Below, one piece after another: positions 9,476-18,203 of a stretch of DNA of 41,481 nucleotides. Below the pieces are notes generated by a model that worked only from the letters and a program-made list of their open reading frames with translations, had not been told where the DNA came from and did not search any database. The translations under genes and the position numbers were made by a program. The stretch's first letter is position 1; the number at the start of each line of letters is the position of its first letter. This DNA comes from an uncultured archaeon (GTDB taxonomy: Archaea > Aenigmatarchaeota > Aenigmatarchaeia > CG10238-14 > CAZWBF01): NCBI GenBank assembly GCA_964632185.1, contig CAZWBF010000003.1, positions 1-41,481 on the forward strand, given 5' to 3'.

Positions 9476-10636
9476 ATGAAAGAAGAAGACGAAGTTGTGA
9501 AAAGAATTAAGAAATGGTTAAAAGGAAAAACTGCACCTCCATATATGTTAGAAATTTGGCCAACTTTTGAATGTAATTTAAACTGTGTATACTGTTGGAG
9601 ACGTGTTCACGATTTAAGAAAAATAAAACAGCGAGTGAGTGAAGAAAGATATTTAGAAATTTTAAACGAAGCGAGTAATATTGGTATTCGAAGAGTTGAG
9701 GTTGTAGGTGGTGGTGAACCAATGAAATTTCCAAGAATTATTGAAATAATTAAAAGAATAAAATTATCCGAAATGATTGGAACAATGACTACAAATGGTA
9801 CACTTTTTAATGAAAAGTCTGTAAGAACAATGGTGGAAATGAAGTGGGATTTAATCGCTATAAGTCTGGATGGACCTAATGAAGAAATTCACGATAAAAT
9901 AAGAGGGAGGGGCGCATTTAAAAAAGTAATTAACACACTGAGACTTTTTAAATATTGGAAAAGAAGATTAAAAACACATAAACCAGAAATAATTTTTGTT
10001 CCAGTTCTTTCAAAATTAAATTACGAATATATACCACAATTCTTTTATATAGCAAAAAAATTTGATGTAAAAGTAGTAGATTTTAAACCATTGATTTTAT
10101 ATGGGGGTGCATTTGAAAAATATAAAATAAAGGAAAATGAGTATGAAGATATTAGAAAAATCATATTAAAATCCTTAAGAATTGCAAGAAAATACAAAAT
10201 AGATACAAATCTTTCTGAATACTTAAACGATTTTTTTGTAATGAAAAGTCCTGAAGTTGTTCCAGTAATGAAAGAAAAGGCAAAAAAGAATTTCTTAAAA
10301 ATTCCATGTTTTATGCCATGGTATTTCTTAAAGATATATGCAGAAGAAGGTTGTGCAGGACCTTGTTTAGTTCCAGATAAGCTTCATATGATGAATATCA
10401 ATAAATATAGTCTTGAGGAGGTTTGGTATAGTGAGAAATTTGATAAATTGAGAAAAATGATGAGGAATAACATAGTCCCATCATTTTGTTCCCGATGCTG
10501 CGGCGGTTCTTTGTTTGATAATGAAAAAATTAGATTGAAACTCTCTAAAATTTTAAAAAAGAAGAAACAAAAATTTAAAAAGAAGAAACAAAAATCAAAA
10601 TCTAAAAACATAGATGTGGAATTAAATGAAAAATAA
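9476..10636 (+). CDS. radical SAM enzyme, family 1 paralog 3 (Lys-rich C-terminal tail)
   Basis: CNLNCVYC; VVGGGEP; TTNGTL; SLDGPNEEIHDKIRGRG; CFMPWYFLKIYAEEGCAGPC...CSRCC; tail KKKKQKFKKKKQKSKSK. Confidence 0.9.
   Translation: MKEEDEVVKRIKKWLKGKTAPPYMLEIWPTFECNLNCVYCWRRVHDLRKIKQRVSEERYLEILNEASNIGIRRVEVVGGGEPMKFPRIIEIIKRIKLSEMIGTMTTNGTLFNEKSVRTMVEMKWDLIAISLDGPNEEIHDKIRGRGAFKKVINTLRLFKYWKRRLKTHKPEIIFVPVLSKLNYEYIPQFFYIAKKFDVKVVDFKPLILYGGAFEKYKIKENEYEDIRKIILKSLRIARKYKIDTNLSEYLNDFFVMKSPEVVPVMKEKAKKNFLKIPCFMPWYFLKIYAEEGCAGPCLVPDKLHMMNINKYSLEEVWYSEKFDKLRKMMRNNIVPSFCSRCCGGSLFDNEKIRLKLSKILKKKKQKFKKKKQKSKSKNIDVELNEK
10556..10595. repeat. 21-nt in-frame tandem duplication in the Lys-rich tail of paralog 3
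   Basis: AAAAAGAAGAAACAAAAAT occurs at 10556..10574 and again at 10577..10595 (KKKQKFK / KKKQKSK). Confidence 0.8.
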
Positions 10637-11732
10637 AGAATATGACTCATATAGAGAGTTGATTAGAAGACTTATAAATTGGTCTAAAGGTATACCTCAA
10701 CCACCATTAAGAGTAGAGTTTTGGATATCTGGCAAATGTAATTTAAGATGTAGATTTTGCGGATCTTGGAAGGACAATAATCAAGATAAACTAAATACTA
10801 AAGATTTTATTAGAATAATAAACAAATCAAAAAAGATGGGAGTTAAAGAATTCTATATATCTGGTGGTGGTGAACCATTTTACAGAAAAGATGTTACTTT
10901 AAAAATTATGAAAAAAATTAAAAAAGTCAATGGTATAGGATTTATCATTACTAATGGTGCACTTCTAACTAAGAAAGATATAAATCAAATAATTAAGATA
11001 GAATGGGATATGCTAACAATAAGTTTAGATGGACCATCTCCAAAAGAACATGACTATTTACGTGGAGTAGATGGTACATTCGAGAAAGTGATAAACAACA
11101 TAGAATATATTTCATATTTAAAAGAAAGAAAAAAGAAATCTAAGCCATATGTATATATCAATAGTGTAATAAACAGAATAAATTATAAAAAAATACCAGA
11201 CCTTCTTGTTCTTTCTGCCAAACTTAATGTAAACGAGGTAATTTTTCAACCATTATTTGGGTCTGGAACTTTTTACAATAATTTAAGAATTAAAGAAAAA
11301 AATCTGACAGATTTTAAAAAAATAGTTCTTAAAGCAGAAAAATTAGCATCTAAATATAAAATAAAAACCAATATAAGTGAATATAAAAATCTAGACCTCT
11401 TAATCAATTCAAATTGTGCAGGGGAAATAATGTGCGAACATGTAAAGAAGGAAGAAGGATTCCTAGCTATACCTTGTTATGAACCTTGGTGGCATTTATT
11501 TATAAGCTTCAACGGAAATGCAGCACCGTGTGGCCCATGGGTTTCTAAATCATCAGAAAATGTTTTAGATTCTTCTATAGAGGAGATATGGTTTGGTGAT
11601 TTTTTTAATTCCTTTAGAGAAAAAATTAAAAGAAAAAATATGAACGGTTGTAATTGTTGTATGCCAATTTTATTTTTTAATAATAGATTAAGAGAATCTC
11701 TAAAGGCTGAATTGCAAAAACATAAAAAATAG
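10626..11732 (+). CDS. radical SAM enzyme, family 1 paralog 4
   Basis: CNLRCRFC; ISGGGEP; ITNGAL; SLDGPSPKEHDYLRG; CYEPWWHLFISFNGNAAPC...CNCC. Overlaps the upstream paralog by 11 nt. Confidence 0.9.
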   Translation: MKNKEYDSYRELIRRLINWSKGIPQPPLRVEFWISGKCNLRCRFCGSWKDNNQDKLNTKDFIRIINKSKKMGVKEFYISGGGEPFYRKDVTLKIMKKIKKVNGIGFIITNGALLTKKDINQIIKIEWDMLTISLDGPSPKEHDYLRGVDGTFEKVINNIEYISYLKERKKKSKPYVYINSVINRINYKKIPDLLVLSAKLNVNEVIFQPLFGSGTFYNNLRIKEKNLTDFKKIVLKAEKLASKYKIKTNISEYKNLDLLINSNCAGEIMCEHVKKEEGFLAIPCYEPWWHLFISFNGNAAPCGPWVSKSSENVLDSSIEEIWFGDFFNSFREKIKRKNMNGCNCCMPILFFNNRLRESLKAELQKHKK

Positions 11733-11749
11733 TTAATGGACTCGAAATA

Positions 11750-12850
11750 TTAATCAAGCTTTTTATAAATGATATTCTTTAAAAAAGTTCTGATTTTTCT
11801 ATTCTCTTGAATTTGACTAGGATTACATTTTGAACAAAAATCTGGTAATTCTCTTTTCATCATTTTCTTTCTTATATTTTCGAAAAAATCTCCAAACCAG
11901 ATTTCTTTTAAAGTTTTATTATGTATATCATCACCATCGTTATCAAACATACAACATGGACCAACAATACCCCAAGGCCTAATTATCATACGATAAAATG
12001 GTTGATAACAAGGTAATGAAATTATAGGATTTTTTTCTTCCATCCCCTCCTTTTCAATTATTTCCTTCATCTTCGAAGTTTTTTTAATAAGTTCAAACTC
12101 TAATTTGTCTACATTTGTTTGAAAATTATGCTCATGTGCTATTTGAGTAGCTTTTTTCAAGTATTTCAACAACATCTTTTTATCCTTTTTTCTGAAAAGT
12201 AATTCACTCCCAGCTTTAGTTTTTTGTGCCAATAAAACAATGGGTTCGACCAACAAATTTCTACAGTTTAAATTGTATACAAATTCAAACATCTCTGGTA
12301 AAAGATGATAATTCTTATTACACAAAACCATATGGATATGTATCAGGGGTTTATCTTTTTTTAATTTAATTTTTTTTAACTGAAAAGATTTGATAGAATT
12401 TACTACTTTTTCAAAGCCATCTCCTCTTAAAAAATCATTTATTTCTTTTCTTGGTGCATCTAAACTAAAAACAATTTCATCCCAATTTATTTTAACCATT
12501 TCATTGATCATTTTTTCGTTAAATAACGTACCGTTGGTAATAAGTCTTCCAAACATTTTATACTTTTTAATCCATTTCATCATTTCAAGTATGTCTTTTC
12601 TCATTAAAGGCTCGCCACCACCCGTAATTTCAATAGTGTGAACTTTTAATTCACTGCATTCTTTTATTATCTGCTTATATCTTCTAGTGTCAATTTCTTC
12701 TCTGTTTAAATTTTCTTTATCAAAATCCCTTAACCAACAAAATCTACATCTTAAATTGCATCTATTTGTAGGATTAAGTTGAATCTCAAATGGTCCTATT
12801 TTTCTATTTTTGAAATCCAAAATTCTTTCAGCTATTTTATCTTCAAACAT
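11750..12850 (-). CDS. radical SAM enzyme, family 1 paralog 5
   Basis: CNLRCRFC; ITGGGEP; ITNGTL; CYQPFYRMIIRPWGIVGPCC...CSKC. Confidence 0.9.
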   Translation of the reverse strand: MFEDKIAERILDFKNRKIGPFEIQLNPTNRCNLRCRFCWLRDFDKENLNREEIDTRRYKQIIKECSELKVHTIEITGGGEPLMRKDILEMMKWIKKYKMFGRLITNGTLFNEKMINEMVKINWDEIVFSLDAPRKEINDFLRGDGFEKVVNSIKSFQLKKIKLKKDKPLIHIHMVLCNKNYHLLPEMFEFVYNLNCRNLLVEPIVLLAQKTKAGSELLFRKKDKKMLLKYLKKATQIAHEHNFQTNVDKLEFELIKKTSKMKEIIEKEGMEEKNPIISLPCYQPFYRMIIRPWGIVGPCCMFDNDGDDIHNKTLKEIWFGDFFENIRKKMMKRELPDFCSKCNPSQIQENRKIRTFLKNIIYKKLD

Positions 12851-13955
12851 TGTTAATAACCTTGCTTAATTCCTCTCTTATCCTTTTTTGCTCTAACATT
12901 TCATTTGATCCGCATTTAGAACAAAATACTTGTGGTCCTTTAAGTAAAGTCTTTCTGGCATTACTAAAATAATTTCCAAACCAGATTTCTTTTAAAGTTT
13001 TATTATGTATATTATCCCCACCATCTCCAAAAAGTCTACATGAGCCAACAACTCCATTTGCTCTTATTGTAACTAAATAAAACGGTTCATAACAAAATGC
13101 TTTGAGAAACGGATTTTTTGATTTAATTTTTTTAATTTCTTTTTTTCCAAGCTCAATTATGCTATCCATTTCTGTTGTCTTTTCTATAACTTCTTTTTCT
13201 AAGTATTTATTCAAATTATTTTTTATCTTATATCTTTCACAAAGTTTTGCAGCCTTTTTTAAATATTTTATTGATTCCTTTTTTTGTTTTTTATTTAAAG
13301 ACCATACTTTTTCCAAAGTGTCATATAAAATTATAGTTTGTGTATTAAGAATTTTTCCACCTAAATCATTTAAAAGTTCAACTAACTCTGGAAAGAGAAA
13401 ATAGTTTTTACTTGTTATTACAGTATTAAAACCAAAAATCGGATTTTCACTTTTCATTTCTTTTTTAATTTTTTGAAGAAGTTTTATATTTTTTATAACT
13501 TTTTCATATGCCCCTTTAGAATCTACCATAAAATCATGTATCTCTTTATTGGGGGCATTAACGCTAAATCTTATAACGTCCCAACCTGCCTTGACTATTT
13601 TTTTAATATAAAATTCGTCTAATAAAGTTCCATTGGTTATTATATCTCCAAACATTCCATATTTTTTAATTTCGACCATTAGTTTTGTTGTTGTAGAAAG
13701 TCTTACAAATGGTTCACCACCACCAGAAATTAGCCAATCTTTTACTCCAAGCTTGGCTGCTTCTTTAACAATTTCTAATAACTTCTTTTCAGATAACTCA
13801 TTTTTTCTATCCAACCAACCAAACCTTTCGTGAGAACGCTGCCAACAAAATCTACATCTTAAATTGCATCTATTTGTAGGGTCTAAATGAATGCTCATTG
13901 GCCCTTGTGGATTTCCTTTAGACCAGTTCACAAGTCTTTTAATTAATTCTTCCAT
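12843..13955 (-). CDS. radical SAM enzyme, family 1 paralog 6
   Basis: CNLRCRFC; ISGGGEP; ITNGTL; CYEPFYLVTIRANGVVGSC...CSKC. Confidence 0.9.
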   Translation of the reverse strand: MEELIKRLVNWSKGNPQGPMSIHLDPTNRCNLRCRFCWQRSHERFGWLDRKNELSEKKLLEIVKEAAKLGVKDWLISGGGEPFVRLSTTTKLMVEIKKYGMFGDIITNGTLLDEFYIKKIVKAGWDVIRFSVNAPNKEIHDFMVDSKGAYEKVIKNIKLLQKIKKEMKSENPIFGFNTVITSKNYFLFPELVELLNDLGGKILNTQTIILYDTLEKVWSLNKKQKKESIKYLKKAAKLCERYKIKNNLNKYLEKEVIEKTTEMDSIIELGKKEIKKIKSKNPFLKAFCYEPFYLVTIRANGVVGSCRLFGDGGDNIHNKTLKEIWFGNYFSNARKTLLKGPQVFCSKCGSNEMLEQKRIREELSKVINNV

Positions 13956-14037
13956 AATTCACTCTATTCTTAATTTTTAAATAAAAAATATTATTATTTG
14001 ACTGATAAAGATTTGATAAAATCTTTTAGTTTTAAAA
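13956..14037. promoter_or_regulatory. divergent intergenic region, putative bidirectional promoter
   Basis: Lies between divergent paralogs 6 and 7. Contains TTTATTTAAAAAT on the minus-strand side and AT-rich boxes on the plus side. Confidence 0.25.
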
Positions 14038-15444
14038 ATGAATTATTTGTTAGGGGGCTATATTATGGAACTTTTAACAGATGTTACACTCTTTAAACAT
14101 AGAATCTGGGCTTTTGAATATGCAGATAGAATGGAGAAATGGTTCAATGGTTTAGGTCAAGCTCCAATAAGAATAGATGTTGAACCGCATACAAGATGTA
14201 ATTTAAATTGTAGGATTTGTGCTAGAAGAGGATCTGTATATGAAAAGCTCAGTGAAAATGAAAGAAAAAGAATGGAACTTCCACCAAAAAAATGGATCCA
14301 AATAGCAGAAGAATCTGGAAAAATGGGGGTAAAAGCATGGAATATTTCTGGATTATGCGAACCTTTGGCAAGGCCAGATATATTAATTCCTTTAATGAAA
14401 ATGATAAAAGCTTATGATATGTTTGGTGAGTTAACAACAAATGGAACATTATGGAATGAAAAATATATTAAAGAGACTATAGAAATGGGTTGGGATAGTA
14501 TTTGTATTAGTATAGACTCGCATAAAGCAAAAATTCATGATTACTTAAGAGGAGTTAAAGGAACATTCAAAAAATCTACAAATACATTCAGAAAATTTAG
14601 TCAAATGAAGAAAAGATATAAAACTAATTTACCTGTACTTACATTGAATGTAGTCCTTAACAAACTCAATTATTTAAATTTACCAGAAATTATAAAAATG
14701 GCTGATAATTTAGGAGCTGATTCTATATTCGTTGAGCCAATTGTTGTTTTCAATGAAGAATGTAAAAAATTAAAAATGAATGAAAATGATATTGAAAAAT
14801 TTCAAGAAATTGTGGTAGAATCAAAAAAGATGGCAAATGAATATGGAATAGTATTAGATGTTACTGCCATTGCTCCAGGAAAGGCATTTTCTGGAGAAAA
14901 AAAGTTTGATGAGGATTTGATTAAAAAAACAGGCAATATAAAGGAAATATTAATTAATGAATCAAAAAAATTTTCTGATGAAATTCTTTCAATTCCATGT
15001 TATTATCCTTGGTTTTTTATGATGATAAGAGCTGATGGAAGTGTTACTCACTGTGGTGAATGGAAAGAAGGAGAAGACAACATCAGAAATAAAAGTTTAA
15101 AAGAAGTTTGGTTTGGTAAAACATTTTCAGAAATAAGAAAAAAATTTAGGAATGGTGAACTTTCGAGTTATTGTGAAAAATGCAGGCCAAACGTCATAGA
15201 AGATGCACGTAACGTTAGGAAAAGCATATTGGAATTTAGAGATTTGAACTTTTTAAGAAGAAAATATCTTGAACTTTTACAAGAAAATAAAGAGCTTAAA
15301 CAAGAATTACTATTATTTAAAAGAATGGGACTTAAAGATGAAAGATGCATACAATGCAAATATAAAAAAGAAATTGAAAAATTCAAAAATTCTCTAACAT
15401 ATAAAGTTTTTTCAATTTTTTGGAATATGAAATTTAAAAAATAA
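14038..15444 (+). CDS. radical SAM enzyme, family 1 paralog 7, with fused coiled-coil C-terminal tail
   Basis: CNLNCRIC; variant SGLCEP in place of GGGEP; TTNGTL; CYYPWFFMMIRADGSVTHC...CEKC; then an extra tail of ~70 aa (YLELLQENKELKQELL...EIEKFKNSLTYKV). An alternative start is the ATG at 14065, preceded by AGGGGG. Confidence 0.88.
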   Translation: MNYLLGGYIMELLTDVTLFKHRIWAFEYADRMEKWFNGLGQAPIRIDVEPHTRCNLNCRICARRGSVYEKLSENERKRMELPPKKWIQIAEESGKMGVKAWNISGLCEPLARPDILIPLMKMIKAYDMFGELTTNGTLWNEKYIKETIEMGWDSICISIDSHKAKIHDYLRGVKGTFKKSTNTFRKFSQMKKRYKTNLPVLTLNVVLNKLNYLNLPEIIKMADNLGADSIFVEPIVVFNEECKKLKMNENDIEKFQEIVVESKKMANEYGIVLDVTAIAPGKAFSGEKKFDEDLIKKTGNIKEILINESKKFSDEILSIPCYYPWFFMMIRADGSVTHCGEWKEGEDNIRNKSLKEVWFGKTFSEIRKKFRNGELSSYCEKCRPNVIEDARNVRKSILEFRDLNFLRRKYLELLQENKELKQELLLFKRMGLKDERCIQCKYKKEIEKFKNSLTYKVFSIFWNMKFKK

Positions 15445-15469
15445 TATTTAAAAAGGTAAATAATAAAAT

Positions 15470-16042
15470 ATGAAGAAAATGAAGAAAACAAACATCTTAA
15501 TAATTGCAGGCATTATTTCGCTCATCGTTGGCGTAGTATTTGATTTGTTTTTTCATATCCCTCTGAACCAAAGTAAAAATTTCTGCAATATGCTTTCAGG
15601 AGAAATTAGATTGGTTTGTAGGAATTCTTATGTAGACTGTTCTAAAATCTCAGATAAGATTGGTCTATGGAGTTGTATGGCGATACAACTTATAAATTAT
15701 GATGTTGATGCCGCACAAAAAGCCTGTAAACAACTTGATATTCCCAATGACCAAAAATTTTGTTTTGCTGATGCTCTCGATGAAATTGATATAAAAACAG
15801 CAGAAGAGCAATGTGAATTAATTGATGCTTCAGAGACTAAGATAATGTGCAAGGCAAATATCTATAAAAAAATAAATTTAACACGATCTTTAAATTTTTG
15901 TGAAGAATTTAATGAATCAGATAAAGTTTATCTATGCAAAGCAATTGTTACAACTCCTACTAATGCAAATGAAGCATATGAATGGTGTAAAAAAATAAAT
16001 GATGTAGTTATGAAAAATAAATGCATTAATTCGGTCAGATGA
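15470..16042 (+). CDS. membrane-anchored Cys-rich repeat protein (six CX10-11C units), function unknown
   Basis: N-terminal basic segment plus hydrophobic helix (NILIIAGIISLIVGVVFDLFF), then 12 Cys arranged as six pairs (C-x10-C once, C-x11-C five times) with a period of ~28-30 aa. Confidence 0.75.
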   Translation: MKKMKKTNILIIAGIISLIVGVVFDLFFHIPLNQSKNFCNMLSGEIRLVCRNSYVDCSKISDKIGLWSCMAIQLINYDVDAAQKACKQLDIPNDQKFCFADALDEIDIKTAEEQCELIDASETKIMCKANIYKKINLTRSLNFCEEFNESDKVYLCKAIVTTPTNANEAYEWCKKINDVVMKNKCINSVR

Positions 16043-16079
16043 TTCTTGAAATTTAAATTTTAAAGTAAAATTTAAAAAT

Positions 16080-17093
16080 ATGAACTTAATTCCTGATCTT
16101 CAAAGAGTTCAATTTCATTTAACAAACAAATGTAACTTAAGATGTCTATTTTGTCGTGCAAGAAACGTTAAAATTAGAAAAGAACTTTCTGATAAAAAAT
16201 GGCTTGACATTACTAGAGAATTATGTGAACTTAAACCAAAACAATTGACCATTTCTGGAGGAGGTGAACCCCTAATCCGAAAAAATCTAGCTACTAAAGT
16301 AATGGAAATGGTAAAAGCTTGTGATATAGAAGGTGCATTAATAACTAACGGAACTTTGGTCACATCAGATTTTGCTAAAAAGTTAGTTGAAATAGGCTGG
16401 AATGAATATAGAATTAGTTTACATTGTTCTTCTAGTAAAATGGATAAATATTTAAGAGGAAAGGAAAATGCCTTTTCTTTAACTTTAGACGGAATAAAAA
16501 AAATCAACTATTTTAAAAAGATGAGCAGAAGTGTTTTACCAAAAACTGAAATATGGATGGTATTGACTCGATATAATTATATGGAAATTGAAAAAATGAT
16601 AAAATTAGCCAAAAGATTTGGAATAGATGCCATTTCTTTAAAGATGGTTAATGAGCCAAGTAATGAAGAAAAAAAGTTTTCTTTATCGATAAAACAATTA
16701 AAATGGTTAAAAAATAGTTTTCCCAAATTTCTTGAATTAGCAAATAAATATGAGGTCCAACTGAAAACTTTATTTTCTTTTAATGATCTTTTTCCAAAAA
16801 AGAAAGTTAAAGTTAATAAAAAAAATAAGAAAAAAATTAAAAAAATTAAGTGTTTAATTCCGTTTAGAGAATTAGTCATTTTTGCAGATGGGAGAGTAAG
16901 TCCTTGTTGTAATTTTTTCTATTTTAAAAAAGATGAATTTCCAATCGAAAATATAGTTAATAAATCTTTAAAAGAAGTATGGTTTGGTGAAACATTTAAC
17001 AAATTAAGAAACTCTATATTAGAGGGAAATTTAATTAAAAATTGTAGAGAATGTCCAGTCGATTTAAAATATACAGAAAGGGATTATAGATGA
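16080..17093 (+). CDS. radical SAM enzyme, family 1 paralog 8 (short N-terminus, poly-Lys linker)
   Basis: CNLRCLFC begins at residue ~18, so the KW.kG helix is absent. ISGGGEP; ITNGTL; KKKVKVNKKNKKKIKKIK linker; CLIPFRELVIFADGRVSPCC...CREC. Confidence 0.88.
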   Translation: MNLIPDLQRVQFHLTNKCNLRCLFCRARNVKIRKELSDKKWLDITRELCELKPKQLTISGGGEPLIRKNLATKVMEMVKACDIEGALITNGTLVTSDFAKKLVEIGWNEYRISLHCSSSKMDKYLRGKENAFSLTLDGIKKINYFKKMSRSVLPKTEIWMVLTRYNYMEIEKMIKLAKRFGIDAISLKMVNEPSNEEKKFSLSIKQLKWLKNSFPKFLELANKYEVQLKTLFSFNDLFPKKKVKVNKKNKKKIKKIKCLIPFRELVIFADGRVSPCCNFFYFKKDEFPIENIVNKSLKEVWFGETFNKLRNSILEGNLIKNCRECPVDLKYTERDYR

Positions 17094-18202
17094 ATGATAC
17101 ACGCATAAATAGAATTAAAAAATTGTTAAATGGTAAGAAAGTAGGTCCATGGCACATGCAATTACAACCAACATCAAGGTGCAATTTAAATTGTAGATTT
17201 TGTTGGAGACAAACTTACTCACGGTATAAAGAGTTGAGTGACAAAAGGTGGAAAGAAATTACAAGAGAAGCTTGTCTTCTTAATCCCCATGAAATAACGA
17301 TTGTAGGTGGGGGAGAACCTTTATTCCGAAATAGATTATATGAAAAAATGAGTGAATTGATAAAGAAAAATGGAATAAAAGGTTGTACAATAACTAATGG
17401 AACTTTATATCATAAAAAGTTGGCAGAAAAAGTAGTTAAAATAGGGTGGGACACTATTGGAATAAGTATTCATGGTGCTAATGCATCAACTGACAATTTT
17501 CTTAGAGGACATCCTCACGCTTTTCAAATGACTATGAAATCTATTAAAAACATTAATTATTTCAAAAGGAAGTTTTCTTCCGATGTTCCTATTCTTCTAT
17601 TTCACAGCTTAATAACACGATTCAACATTAAAGAAATTCCTGATATGATAAAATTAGGAGGAAATTTAGGAATCAAAGTCATAGTCTTTAGAATGGTAAA
17701 CGATACTCCTAAAAAACCTAAATTCTTTATTAAAAAAAGTCAAATTAAACTTCTAGAAAAAAAATTAGAAGAAGCTAAAAAAATTTCTAGAGAATTGAGA
17801 ATTGATTTACAACTTCAATTTTCCTTAGAAGAAATTAAAAAAAGATTTGGGATTAAAATACAGCAAAAGAAAATTGATAAATCTGTAAAGAAAGGGAGGG
17901 AAAAAGGCATAAATATAGCATGTGCCAGACCTTTTTCAGAAATTGTAGTAATTCCAGATGGAACTACTAGCCCCTGCTGTCTTTTTTGTGAAGGAAAATA
18001 TAGTTCTACAGGTAAAAAAACTAATATTTCTAATTTTTTGGAAAATGCAAATGAAAAATCACTTGTTGATATATGGTTTGGAGAAAAAATGGAGAAATTT
18101 AGAGATTTGTCAAAAAATGGTAAATTGCCAGAATATTGCAAAATTGCATGCACTTTAGATTATAGATACTTAGAAGAAAGCGGAGAAATTTATAATAAAT
18201 AA
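17090..18202 (+). CDS. radical SAM enzyme, family 1 paralog 9
   Basis: CNLNCRFC; IVGGGEP; ITNGTL; CARPFSEIVVIPDGTTSPCCLFC...CKIAC. ATGA start/stop overlap with paralog 8. Confidence 0.9.
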   Translation: MNDTRINRIKKLLNGKKVGPWHMQLQPTSRCNLNCRFCWRQTYSRYKELSDKRWKEITREACLLNPHEITIVGGGEPLFRNRLYEKMSELIKKNGIKGCTITNGTLYHKKLAEKVVKIGWDTIGISIHGANASTDNFLRGHPHAFQMTMKSIKNINYFKRKFSSDVPILLFHSLITRFNIKEIPDMIKLGGNLGIKVIVFRMVNDTPKKPKFFIKKSQIKLLEKKLEEAKKISRELRIDLQLQFSLEEIKKRFGIKIQQKKIDKSVKKGREKGINIACARPFSEIVVIPDGTTSPCCLFCEGKYSSTGKKTNISNFLENANEKSLVDIWFGEKMEKFRDLSKNGKLPEYCKIACTLDYRYLEESGEIYNK

Positions 18203-18203
18203 T

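Noticed and set aside
16816-16850. Homopolymeric A/T tracts as phase-variation switches controlling individual paralogs
   Set aside because: A6-A9 and T6-T9 runs occur throughout this AT-rich sequence in coding and non-coding DNA alike. They are not preferentially placed at 5' ends of paralogs, so there is no specific evidence for phase variation.
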